Source: Myxococcota bacterium
GTDB taxonomy: Bacteria > Myxococcota_A > UBA796 > CAJQPC01
NCBI GenBank assembly: GCA_036012755.1
Contig: DASCPX010000070.1
Span: 79,034 to 143,033, forward strand
Reading direction: 5' to 3'
DNA: 64,000 nt
The notes beneath the pieces are model-generated. The model was not told the origin of the DNA. It searched no databases and was given only the letters and a program-made list of their open reading frames with translations. Shown here piece after piece: positions 42,765 through 51,762 of this stretch (positions within the stretch are counted from its first letter, which is position 1; each line of letters opens with the position of its first letter). A program made the translations under genes and the position numbers.

Positions 42765-43750
42765 CCCGAAGATGCCTGCTCGGTGGGGCCGCGGCGCTTG
42801 TCCTCGCGTGCAACCGAGACCCTGGTAACAACAACGATATCGACGAGTTGGCCAGCGAGCCGCTGGACGTTGACGCCTACGCCAGTGCCTTGGAGGAGGC
42901 GCTGGCTGGCACGGGACACGAGGACGCCGTGGCCCCGGGCTGCGCTGCCTTCGAGGACATCCGGGTCCTGTTGGCCGAGCACGCGCCCATCAGCGCCGCT
43001 GTCTTGTCCCGGACCTTCAACGAGCTGGCCGTTCCGATGGCCCAGGGGCTTGCCGCCTGCCGGGACCAGACGGATCCGACCACCATCCGAGAGGCCCTGG
43101 CCGCCGGCATGGACGCAGCGGCCTTCGCCGAGATCGCCGGGCTCTGGGGGCGCATGAACGAAGAGCTGGAGGGGCTCGGCGTGCAAGGCGCCGCGGACGA
43201 GGATCGCCTGGACGAGGTCCGCTCCTACTTCACCGACATGCCCCGGGCCCTGGCCCAGGCGAGCATCGATCTCGAGGACATGCAGCCGGGGCTGGAAGAC
43301 AGCCCGGTGACCCTCGGGACCCTCTCCCAGCTGCACGACTTCATCGCCCACATCGGTCGGGACGACCTCGACGAGGCCCTCGACGACGGCGCGGTGCTGG
43401 CGAACCTCTCGACGCTCTACTTCGGAATCGCGGAGGGCAAGGCTGTCGCGCTGCCGCCTCCGTTGGACTGCGAGTCCGAGTGGGAGGAGATCAAGTACTG
43501 GCTCACGGTCATCGCGTTCATCATCGCGGTGTTGGCCATCGCTGCAGCTGTCGCGGCCCTGTTGGGCGGGCCCGCGGGGCTGTTCGTCGTCGCCTTGCTC
43601 GGCGCGGTCTTCTCAGAGGGCTCGGCGATGATGATCGCCACCCTGTTGGCCTTCATCTTCGTCGGGCTCACCATCGCGAAGTCCAGCGGTGAGACGGTCG
43701 TCACCAAGCCGGTCGACTGTGTCTGCCAGGCCATGACGGGGGCGGAGTGA
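42758..43750 (+). CDS. lipoprotein with a Tat-like signal and C-terminal TM helices
   Basis: ATG 42758 (MLTRRCLLGGAAALVLAC) overlaps the end of the DUF2779 gene. The C-terminal hydrophobic block is WLTVIAFIIAVLAIAAAVAALLGG…. Confidence 0.65.
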   Translation: MLTRRCLLGGAAALVLACNRDPGNNNDIDELASEPLDVDAYASALEEALAGTGHEDAVAPGCAAFEDIRVLLAEHAPISAAVLSRTFNELAVPMAQGLAACRDQTDPTTIREALAAGMDAAAFAEIAGLWGRMNEELEGLGVQGAADEDRLDEVRSYFTDMPRALAQASIDLEDMQPGLEDSPVTLGTLSQLHDFIAHIGRDDLDEALDDGAVLANLSTLYFGIAEGKAVALPPPLDCESEWEEIKYWLTVIAFIIAVLAIAAAVAALLGGPAGLFVVALLGAVFSEGSAMMIATLLAFIFVGLTIAKSSGETVVTKPVDCVCQAMTGAE

Positions 43751-45210
43751 TGCTGGTTCTGACCCTGATCGGCTGCATGTTCGAGGTCGTCGACTGGCTG
43801 GGAAACGCGGCCAGTCGCGGCTACGAGAGCCTGGAGTTCGTAGCGCTCGACATGGACTGTGCTGCCGACGTCTACACGCTCGATGCCTACCTCCAAGGCG
43901 AGACCCCCTCGACCGTGACGGCGGAGATCTACACGGACGAGACCGGCTCCACCGTAGACCGGAAGGTGGCGCTCTCGGCGGACTACGAAAACGGCGGCGC
44001 TGGCATCCACCGCTTCTACGCGGAGGACATCGAGCTCCCCTGCACCTCCTCCCGCCTGGTGGTGATCTCGGCGACCAACATGTGCGAGGAGCTCTCGGAG
44101 CAGGTCACCTGGGAAGCAGCGGAAATAGGCGACATCGTTCCGGATGTAGGTCCGTCAGACGGTGGACAACAGGTGCTGGTCGGGCTTCGAGAGGGGAGCT
44201 ACGACTGGTCGTCTGTGGAGCTCTACTTCGGACAGGGCTCCTCGACGTGGGCGGCCGCATCCGACGTCCAGATAGGGACCGACTGCTCGGATCTCGAGAC
44301 CGACGCCTGCATCACGGCGACCTCCCCCGACTACGGCTCGGCGGAGACCGTCTCGCTGCGCCTCGTTGACGCCAACGGCAACGAGACCCTGTCGCAGGAC
44401 GCCTACACCTTCCACAGTCCCAACCGCGACATGCCCACCGGACTGGGCCGAGCGATGATGATCGCCTTCGACCCGACCTGGTTCTACCTGGGCAGCCCCT
44501 ACGGCAGCATCGGCGAGTCCTACGAGTACCTGCAGGTCGATCTGCTGATGCACGAACCCATCGACGGGCCCTACCACATGTGGGACGCGGCGCCCGCCGT
44601 CGGCGAGTGCTCCTGGGGCGAGTCCATGTGGACCACCTTGGATGTCGGCACCTATGTCGAGCTCCACGGGGACGTCGCCGACGCGACGCTTCCCAACGTC
44701 GGAGGTGGGGTCTACTACTACCTGGACTCCAACAGCGGACACGAACTGTACGCCGGCGAGGCGGTCGACCTGGAGATCCCCGATGGTGTGGAGAGCTATC
44801 CAGCACAGACCATACCCGACGCTTTCGTCTTCCCGGAGCTGCTGAGATCCACCTCCTTTGGGGATCCCTCAGAGGACGAGTTCGGCGTCCAGATCGTTCC
44901 GCGCGGGGACGACATCGTGCTGAGTTGGACCCCGGGCGAGGACATGGACGGTCTCACCTACACCCTGTCCGCGGTCCAAGACTACACGACGCTCTCGACG
45001 ACGACCTGCACGGTCGACCCTGACGCGGGTGTCCTCGTCGTTCCGTGGACGGACCTCGTCGAGAGCGGCGACACCGGCTCGGTCGATGGCATCCTCGTGG
45101 ACATGGAGTTCTGGAAGGACAACCTCGCGGTGGTGCCGCATGACGGCTCGACCTTCTGGGCTCGCTCCACCATCTGGCTCGAGAGCTACGTCGCGGTGGT
45201 GGAGCCGTGA
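43747..45210 (+). CDS. lipoprotein, 487 aa, possible IPT/TIG-like domain
   Basis: ATGA overlap. MMLVLTLIGC. Acidic and Trp-rich. No confident family assignment. Confidence 0.6.
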   Translation: MMLVLTLIGCMFEVVDWLGNAASRGYESLEFVALDMDCAADVYTLDAYLQGETPSTVTAEIYTDETGSTVDRKVALSADYENGGAGIHRFYAEDIELPCTSSRLVVISATNMCEELSEQVTWEAAEIGDIVPDVGPSDGGQQVLVGLREGSYDWSSVELYFGQGSSTWAAASDVQIGTDCSDLETDACITATSPDYGSAETVSLRLVDANGNETLSQDAYTFHSPNRDMPTGLGRAMMIAFDPTWFYLGSPYGSIGESYEYLQVDLLMHEPIDGPYHMWDAAPAVGECSWGESMWTTLDVGTYVELHGDVADATLPNVGGGVYYYLDSNSGHELYAGEAVDLEIPDGVESYPAQTIPDAFVFPELLRSTSFGDPSEDEFGVQIVPRGDDIVLSWTPGEDMDGLTYTLSAVQDYTTLSTTTCTVDPDAGVLVVPWTDLVESGDTGSVDGILVDMEFWKDNLAVVPHDGSTFWARSTIWLESYVAVVEP

Positions 45211-45605
45211 TCGTGCTGCTGGCCTGCGTGGGCACACCGGACTCGGGGGGGAGCGCCGCCCCGGACGACAGCACCGCAGAGGGGCTCGATGTCGCAGGTG
45301 ACTGGCTCGACGTCGACTCGGGCCTGTACGTGATCAAGAACGAGACCTGGCGCTACCAGGCCTTCGAAGACACCTGGAGCGACGACGAAATCATGAGCTA
45401 TGACAACGCGTTGGGGTACGTCATCGCCCAGAATGATCCCGACCACGAGCCGAACGCCGCGCTCTTCAGTCGCTACGACTTCAAGGCCGTCGATGGCTTC
45501 TGGAACTACTGCCACTCGACCGACGAGGCCCAGAGCGCAGAGGTCGCGGAGGCGGCCTCGGCTCCCGCGGACTGTGCCTGGATCGAGCTGATCCCCTCGA
45601 TCTGA
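45207..45605 (+). CDS. small lipoprotein (132 aa)
   Basis: GTGA overlap. MIVLLAC. Confidence 0.6.
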   Translation: MIVLLACVGTPDSGGSAAPDDSTAEGLDVAGDWLDVDSGLYVIKNETWRYQAFEDTWSDDEIMSYDNALGYVIAQNDPDHEPNAALFSRYDFKAVDGFWNYCHSTDEAQSAEVAEAASAPADCAWIELIPSI

Positions 45606-45606
45606 T

Positions 45607-46161
45607 CTAGAGGAAGGCCACGAACAGCGCCGTGAGCGCCGCCTGGAAGGCCGCTGCGAGGAGGAAGGCCTTCGTACGCGAGCGCACGAATGACCCCAGC
45701 ATCAGGCCGATCATCGTGCTCTCGACGATGTTGATGAAGGTGAGGGTCACCAGCCCCGCGAGGCCCATGTCCGCAAACGGCATCAGGGCGGGGATGAGGT
45801 TGTGGAGGATGGCCCAGGTCCCGAGGCTTCCGATGGTGGCGGCGATGAAGGGGTCCGCTGGGATGTTGCCCTCGCCGCGGGGGATGAGGACCTTCGGCTT
45901 CAGCCGCCCGATGGTGACCACGCAGGCACCGGCGAGGACGCCGTAGGCTATGCCCCCGGCCCAGAAGCCGTCGAGCAGGCCAGGGAAGAGGCCGAGGAGC
46001 TCCGCCCCGAAGGGCAGCACGGCGTAGGCGGTGAGGAAGGAGAGCCCCAGCCAGGCGGCGGTCGCCTTCTGGAGCTGCCGCGGCTTGGGCACCAGGTAGT
46101 GGCGCTCGATGATGGCAGCGTCGGGGATCCCTCGCTGGAAGACGACTGGGGTGTTGGCCAT
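45607..46161 (-). CDS. integral membrane protein (184 aa), unknown family
   Basis: 4-5 hydrophobic segments. The stop is 1 nt from the convergent stop at 45605. Confidence 0.6.
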   Translation of the reverse strand: MANTPVVFQRGIPDAAIIERHYLVPKPRQLQKATAAWLGLSFLTAYAVLPFGAELLGLFPGLLDGFWAGGIAYGVLAGACVVTIGRLKPKVLIPRGEGNIPADPFIAATIGSLGTWAILHNLIPALMPFADMGLAGLVTLTFINIVESTMIGLMLGSFVRSRTKAFLLAAAFQAALTALFVAFL

Positions 46162-46227
46162 GGCAGTTCCGACAGCTGTCGCGCGTGCGCGTTCCGAGCA
46201 CGGTACGCGCGGCGCCTGCCGGATCTT

Positions 46228-46776
46228 TCACTCTCGGCTGCGCTGCTTCCTCTTTCGCTTCTTCTTGAAGCTCCAGGTGAAGGTGAAGCGGGCGACCTCG
46301 ACGCCGTCGGGGTTCGTCCCGATGGTCTCGGCGGTGCACTCGACGGACTCCCCGGTAGCCAACGCAGTTGCCACGGCCTGGGCCATCTCTGCGCCGGCCC
46401 TGCACGTGAAGGTCGTGAGATCGGTAGCCTTCTTCACGAACTGGCCCTCCATGCGGACGATCAGGATGGAGATCGGCTCGGGGGCTGCCTCGACCACGCT
46501 CAGGCCGAGGGCGCCGGTGGACATCTCGGCGGCCATCGACAGGGCGGCGAAGTAGGTCGAGCGAAAGGGGTTCGTTGTCAGCCAGCGGTAGGGCACGCTG
46601 ACGGCGCAGTGGTCCGCGTCGAAGCTGCGGATCCGCAGCCCCGCGATGAGCGCCAGGGGCAGCTTGGCCAGCATGTACGCGGACAGCAGGGCCGGGCTGA
46701 GCATCTTGTCGCGGAGCGCCTGGACCTCTGCGCTGTCGGTGTCGAAGCGCGGTTCGTCTCGCTCGGGGTTGGTCAC
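46228..46776 (-). CDS. hot-dog fold / DUF4442-like protein
   Basis: GTG 46776 in a GTGA overlap. …LPLALIAGLRIRSFDADHCAVSVPYRWLTTNPFRSTYFAAL… resembles PaaI/DUF4442 thioesterase-like proteins. Basic tail KKKRKRKQRSRE. Confidence 0.55.
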   Translation of the reverse strand: MTNPERDEPRFDTDSAEVQALRDKMLSPALLSAYMLAKLPLALIAGLRIRSFDADHCAVSVPYRWLTTNPFRSTYFAALSMAAEMSTGALGLSVVEAAPEPISILIVRMEGQFVKKATDLTTFTCRAGAEMAQAVATALATGESVECTAETIGTNPDGVEVARFTFTWSFKKKRKRKQRSRE

Positions 46777-47597
46777 CAAGGGGCCTCCGGGAGGACGAGC
46801 TCGCGCTCGCAACGCCTGGTGGCGTTTGCCCAGGCGATCTCGTCGTCGGTGTAGGGCGTCGGAGAGGTCTGTATCTCGAAGAGGATGTACTGCTCGACGG
46901 CGACGCGGACGGCGTCCCCGTAGGGGTTGTCCGTGCGGCTGATCCAGTAGTCGAGGATCGCGCGGCGGCGCTCTTCGGGGGTCTCGTAGGGAGGCACGTC
47001 GTGCCAGGCGTCGGTGCCCTCGTACCAGATGCCGTCGAGCCAGTCTGGCAGGTCCTCGTAGACCTTCTTTGCGAGCTCGCGTCCGGCGACCGCGTCCCCG
47101 TAGTCGGCGACGAGCCCCCCGGCTGCGCCGGCGACTCGCTCCTTGTCCTGCTCGATGAGCTGGGGACGCACGGTCCACGAGCCGAGGCTGACGCAGGCGA
47201 GGGGGTTCACGAGGCAGGGGGTCCACTCGACGACCGGGACCCCTTCCCACCACGCGCCTCGGATGGTCCTCGGCTTCTGGATGTGGGGGTTGCGCTTCCG
47301 GATGTACATCCAGCCGTCATCGTGGATGACCACCGTGTTTCGCCAGCCCGTGTCGTGGTGGTAGAAGACGCGGTCGCCCTTTCGCCTGGCCGAGTAGCCC
47401 ATCGCGATGAGCTCTTTGGCGATGGCGTTCCGGGCCTCCGCCACCGCGGCGTCGTCGCTGACCAGGATCTGGAGTTCGGGCACGTTGAAGGCGAGGCCGT
47501 CGTAGACGACCTCGTCGCCCATCCGTGTCTCTTCGGCGTCGAGGTCGGCGGCCTCCGGGAGCTCCCCTGCGAGCGCGATGGTCAGACAGAGCCACAC
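46773..47597 (-). CDS. hypothetical secreted protein (274 aa)
   Basis: GTG start, MWLCLTIALAG. Trp/Tyr-rich, protein-like composition. Confidence 0.6.
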   Translation of the reverse strand: MWLCLTIALAGELPEAADLDAEETRMGDEVVYDGLAFNVPELQILVSDDAAVAEARNAIAKELIAMGYSARRKGDRVFYHHDTGWRNTVVIHDDGWMYIRKRNPHIQKPRTIRGAWWEGVPVVEWTPCLVNPLACVSLGSWTVRPQLIEQDKERVAGAAGGLVADYGDAVAGRELAKKVYEDLPDWLDGIWYEGTDAWHDVPPYETPEERRRAILDYWISRTDNPYGDAVRVAVEQYILFEIQTSPTPYTDDEIAWANATRRCERELVLPEAPW

Positions 47598-47698
47598 GCC
47601 ATCAAGCTAACGCGAGCGATTCCGAAGGACTGTGAAGACCTCGAAGGACCAGGCGGCGCCTGCGTCAGCTCCCGTGAACCCCAGGCACTGGAGCCACC

Positions 47699-47953
47699 AT
47701 GTTCAGCACCCTCGTTGTCCTCTCCGCTCTCTCCATGACCGCCGACGCCCACAACCCGCCGCAGCTCTCGAGGGACTGCTTGGAGGACGTTCGCGACCGT
47801 CGCGAGGACCGCCTCGACCGGGCAGAGGACATCCGCGACGCCCGGACCTTCACCGGCCCCGCGGACCTGCGCGAAGACCGCCTCGATCGGCTGGAGGACA
47901 TCCGCGACCTGAAGGAGGACCGCCGCGACCGGTTGACCGGCCGCTGCAGCTAG
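47699..47953 (+). CDS. small secreted charged-repeat protein (84 aa)
   Basis: Signal MFSTLVVLSALSMTADA followed by two 23-aa repeats REDRLDR(A/L)EDIRD…. Confidence 0.5.
   Translation: MFSTLVVLSALSMTADAHNPPQLSRDCLEDVRDRREDRLDRAEDIRDARTFTGPADLREDRLDRLEDIRDLKEDRRDRLTGRCS
47801..47908 (+). repeat. 69-nt-period internal duplication (CGCGARGACCGCCTCGAYCGG…GAGGACATCCGCGAC)
   Basis: Copies begin at 47801 and 47870 and lie in frame within the small ORF. Confidence 0.8.
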
Positions 47954-47985
47954 AGTCGTGGTGGGTCGGCAGGCCGACCTCGTGG

Positions 47986-49722
47986 TCACGGGCCCACGAC
48001 CACCACCCTGTCCGGCCAGGACCACACCATCGCGTCCCCGATCTGCTTCACCGTCACCGGGGCGCCCGAGGCGTGGATCAACCGCAGGTGGCAGCACCGA
48101 CACAGGGTGATCTGCCGCTCCGGGTCGTCATCGCTCCCCTTGGAGCGCCACCAGACGTGGTGCGCCTCCACCGTCGAGGACCGGCGTCCGCACTCGGGGT
48201 TCTGGCAGGTGTAGCGGTCGCGCTCCTTGACCTGTCCCGAGACCCCCTTTCCGCGAGGCTCCGGCACCGTGTCCAGGAACCACCGAGCCGCCTCCACGAG
48301 GTCCGGGTCCACAGGCAGGTAGTGGGGGGTCTTGCGCCCTCGAGCAGCGACGCGGCCCAGATCCCCGAAGGCGATCCTGGTGACACGACCGCCGGTTTCT
48401 GTCGCGCTGGGGGCACCGCCGGTTTCTGTCGCCTCGCCACCGCCGCCGGAGAGGCCGCCGGTTTCTGTCGCGCTGGTGGCACCGCCGGTTTCTGTCGCCT
48501 CGGGGACAGCGCTGCTCGGAGGCCCGCCGTGCTCCGCCGGCTCCGCTGTCTTCGCGAGCGCCGGTGCCGCACTGAGCCGGCGCCGACACTCCGCCAGCAC
48601 CCGCCGGCTTCCCCGCTCGATGACGTGGTCGCCCACCTCTGCCAGCATGCGGGCTCCCAGACAGCGGCAGACCCCGATCCAGTCCCGAGCCTCGCGACCG
48701 CTCTGGGCGATGCCACCCACGAAGCAGGCCCGGTCCAGATCCAGGCCCTCGGCGACCGCGGCTCGGATCTCGGGGTGCATGTCGAAGGTCTGACCCAGCT
48801 TGCGGTAGCGCTCCAGGCTCCGCTGGCTCACCCCGACGACCTGGGTGGCGAAGGCGTCGAGGGTGTCGAAGCCCATGTCGAAGTGGAGTCCCTGTCGGAC
48901 CACCGTCTCGGCCAGCTGCCCCAGGGCCGCGACGCGGCCATCCCGAACGGCCACCAGGGCGTCGAGGAGCTCGAGGGCGTGCCAGGGATCTCGCGGCTCT
49001 GTCCACGGGCCCAGCAGGGACGTGGCCGGATCCGGGGTCTCGCACCACGAGGGGCTGAACTCGAGCCTGGGCCGCGGCACTCGGGCGTCTGCCCGTATCT
49101 GCTCGGCGCTCCGCCCCTGTCTCCAGCAGGCCAGGATGTAGCGGTCGACCTCTCTCGATGGAAGGTGCGCGCCCAAGTACAGCCGCGCCCTCCGCCGGGC
49201 CTGCTGGATGTCGGCCACGTCCTGCCCGAAGACGAAGACCCGGAAGCCGTCGTCTTCGCCGCCGCGATCGATGCCGGTGGGGCAGCGTCGAGAGACCAGC
49301 CCCGCCCGAGCCCTGGACAGCCACTCGAGCTGGTCGACTACCTCGACCCTGCCCGGGGCCAACAGCGCGATCGAGAGGGGGATCAGGCCGCTGGAGGCCG
49401 CCTCCTTCACCAGCTCCAGCGGGCTCCCCACCAGCCGCAGCAGGTCTCGGAGCTGGCTCGTGCGCCAGGGGACCCGCTCCTTGCAGAAGGCGGTGAAGCT
49501 GGAGTAGCCGAGCCTCGCGACGTCGTTGGCCCTGATCCAGCCGATGAGACGGGCCAGCCGAAGGTCGATGGCGGCGCCCTCTGTGGCCAGCTGCTCGACG
49601 GTCCCTCGCAGCTCCGCTAGCCGATCAGCTCGAGGGTGGAGCGGCCACGGCCCCAGCAGCGCGGCGATCACGGGGGATCGCAGCGCGGCAGGAGTGACGG
49701 TGGGGTCTTCTGGCGAGAGCAC
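47986..49722 (-). CDS. HNH endonuclease domain protein (DUF222-like N-terminal region)
   Basis: The C-terminal HNH region is ERDRYTCQNPECGRRSSTVEAHHVWWRSKGSDDDPERQITLCRCCHLRLIH. The start is tentatively GTG 49722. The rest of the 896-aa track ORF is antisense to the FG-GAP gene. Confidence 0.72.
   Translation of the reverse strand: MLSPEDPTVTPAALRSPVIAALLGPWPLHPRADRLAELRGTVEQLATEGAAIDLRLARLIGWIRANDVARLGYSSFTAFCKERVPWRTSQLRDLLRLVGSPLELVKEAASSGLIPLSIALLAPGRVEVVDQLEWLSRARAGLVSRRCPTGIDRGGEDDGFRVFVFGQDVADIQQARRRARLYLGAHLPSREVDRYILACWRQGRSAEQIRADARVPRPRLEFSPSWCETPDPATSLLGPWTEPRDPWHALELLDALVAVRDGRVAALGQLAETVVRQGLHFDMGFDTLDAFATQVVGVSQRSLERYRKLGQTFDMHPEIRAAVAEGLDLDRACFVGGIAQSGREARDWIGVCRCLGARMLAEVGDHVIERGSRRVLAECRRRLSAAPALAKTAEPAEHGGPPSSAVPEATETGGATSATETGGLSGGGGEATETGGAPSATETGGRVTRIAFGDLGRVAARGRKTPHYLPVDPDLVEAARWFLDTVPEPRGKGVSGQVKERDRYTCQNPECGRRSSTVEAHHVWWRSKGSDDDPERQITLCRCCHLRLIHASGAPVTVKQIGDAMVWSWPDRVVVVGP
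48389..48498 (-). repeat. 66-bp tandem duplication containing four CCGCCGGTTTCTGTCGC cores (encodes ATETGG x4)
   Basis: Cores are at 48389, 48416, 48455 and 48482 (spacing 27/39/27). They are in frame in the HNH gene linker. Confidence 0.85.
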
Positions 49723-49851
49723 CAGTGCATGTATCGAGGGGGTAGGCCAGAAACTGTCCGGCCCGCGAGGCGTGGAGCGAAAGCGGCGAAGGGGCTTTCC
49801 GCCGGCGCTTCGCCCGCCCGTCGCGCGGTGGGCGGCTGTTAGGCTCCACCA

Positions 49852-51738
49852 GTGCGCCTCGCTGTCGCCGCTTCGCTGACCCTCCTGCTGTCCGCGTGCA
49901 TCACGGCCCCGGCCGGCTACCAGGCGCTCGTGCGCGACGTCGTCGACACGGACGGTGACGGCTACGCCGAGGAAGGCCTCGAGGAGCGGGGCGCGGAGCT
50001 CGGGCTGGAGCCCGGGGACTGTGACGACGAGGATCCCGACGTCAACCCTGGCGCCGACGAGGTGCTCTACGACGGCGTCGACGACGACTGCGACGCTTTC
50101 ACCAGCGACAGCGACGGCGACGGTGACGGCTTCGACGCCATCGAGGTCGACGGTGACGACTGCGACGACACCGATCCGAGCGTCAATCCGGCCGCTGATG
50201 AGAGCTGGTACGACGGCGTCGATCAGGACTGCACCGGCGGCAGCGACTACGACGCCGACGGAGACGGAGAGGACCACATCGACCACGGCGGGGCGGACTG
50301 CGACGATGACGACCCGGAGGTCACCGGGGCCTTCACCTTCTACGAGGACCTCGACGGCGACGGATACGGCACCACCGAGATCCTCGCCTGCGCGCAACCC
50401 GCGGACAGCGCCCAGCTCGACGGGGACTGCGACGACTCGACCTCCGAGCGCGCCCCGGACCTCGACGAGGAGTGCGACGACGGGCTCGACAACGACTGCG
50501 ACGACACGACGACCTGCCGGTGGGACGGAGATGTGTTGCTCGACCACGGCGTGCGGCTCAGCGGGGACGCCGGGTCTGGGTTCGGGAATGGCGTCGCCCC
50601 ATTGGGGGATGTCGACGGCGACGGTGTGGCCGACTTCATCCTCGGGGCGCCGAACGAGGGTCACGGCTGCGCGCACATCTACCGGGGGGGCACGCGCGCA
50701 CCGACTTCACCTTGGCGCTCCATTTGCGATGAGGGGAGCGAATACGAGTTCGCCTATTCAGTAGGCGGCGGGCGGGATGCCGACCTGGACGGGGCGAACG
50801 AGTATCTGGTGGGGGAGAGTAGCGGCGCCGTCTACCTCTACGATGGGGCATCCGGTACCGAAGTGGCCGTGTTCGGCTCGGTTCAAATGGGCAGGCCAAG
50901 CTTGATCCAGTCTCTGTCGGGGGCTCCTTACCCAGACCTCCTGACGGGCGACTCGTTTGGGATGGACGTGGGCGGCCACGTGTACCTGTTTCAGGGCATG
51001 GAGGGCGGTTGGTCTGGGAGCTACACCGAGAGCGATGCTATCGCCGTGATGCGAGACGAAGAGGCTGGACTCTTCGCCGCCACCTTCGGGACGGCTGACC
51101 TGAGCGGTGACGGGCTGCCCGATGTCGCGGTTGGCGACCCGGACGCAGATGCCGGGGGCTTCGATGCCGGGGCGGTGTTCGTCTTCGAGGGGCCCGTGGA
51201 GTCCACGCTTGGGCCCGCCGATGCTTCCACCAGCTTGCTCGGTGAGGACGCTGGAGACAAGGCGGGAAGTGGCATCTGTGCGGGAGATCTCGATGGCGAT
51301 GGAGCTGCCGACCTGGTTGTGACTGGACTCGGTGCCAGTGCCGGCACGACCTGGGTTCTGATGAGCGCCGACCAGCCTGATGAGCTGGCGGATGCAGGAC
51401 TCCGTGTCGAGGCGTCCTCAGCAGACGAGGGAGTTGGGTACGGCTGCGCTGTCGGCGACTTCGACGGCGACGGGGCCGCTGATCTCGCGCTGGGCACGCC
51501 GGCCAACGGTGCGGGTGGTAGCTACGCCGGAGGCCTCCTCGTGGTCTGGGGGCCCGCGTCGGGGACCGCACTCCCCGGAACCACGCTCGCTGGGGACACA
51601 CCGGGGGAGCTTGCGGGCTTCCGCGCCGCAAACCTGGGGGATTTCGACGGCGACGGCACGGATGACCTGCTGCTCACCGCGACGGCGAGCTCTGAGGCGG
51701 ACGGCGCGGTGTATCTCATCTTCGGGCGGGGTTTGTAG
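49852..51738 (+). CDS. lipoprotein with MopE-type Cys/Asp repeats and FG-GAP (integrin-alpha-like) repeats
   Basis: GTG start, MRLAVAASLTLLLSAC. DGDGY/DCDDxDP repeats, followed by repeated GDVDGDGVADFILGAP / GDLDGDGAADLVV / GDFDGDGTDDLLL. Confidence 0.85.
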   Translation: MRLAVAASLTLLLSACITAPAGYQALVRDVVDTDGDGYAEEGLEERGAELGLEPGDCDDEDPDVNPGADEVLYDGVDDDCDAFTSDSDGDGDGFDAIEVDGDDCDDTDPSVNPAADESWYDGVDQDCTGGSDYDADGDGEDHIDHGGADCDDDDPEVTGAFTFYEDLDGDGYGTTEILACAQPADSAQLDGDCDDSTSERAPDLDEECDDGLDNDCDDTTTCRWDGDVLLDHGVRLSGDAGSGFGNGVAPLGDVDGDGVADFILGAPNEGHGCAHIYRGGTRAPTSPWRSICDEGSEYEFAYSVGGGRDADLDGANEYLVGESSGAVYLYDGASGTEVAVFGSVQMGRPSLIQSLSGAPYPDLLTGDSFGMDVGGHVYLFQGMEGGWSGSYTESDAIAVMRDEEAGLFAATFGTADLSGDGLPDVAVGDPDADAGGFDAGAVFVFEGPVESTLGPADASTSLLGEDAGDKAGSGICAGDLDGDGAADLVVTGLGASAGTTWVLMSADQPDELADAGLRVEASSADEGVGYGCAVGDFDGDGAADLALGTPANGAGGSYAGGLLVVWGPASGTALPGTTLAGDTPGELAGFRAANLGDFDGDGTDDLLLTATASSEADGAVYLIFGRGL

Positions 51739-51762
51739 GGACCATCCGGCCCGGCGCGGCAG

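Noticed and set aside
48389-48498. Direct repeats (also 25498-25554) as a possible CRISPR array
   Set aside because: The units are 12-27 bp, in frame within coding sequence, and have irregular or absent spacers. No cas genes are present. They are coding tandem repeats.
49723-50676. N-terminal third of the 896-aa ORF 47986..50676
   Set aside because: It is antisense to the FG-GAP/MopE lipoprotein gene. The HNH gene was trimmed to the first plausible in-frame GTG (49722), although that start remains uncertain.
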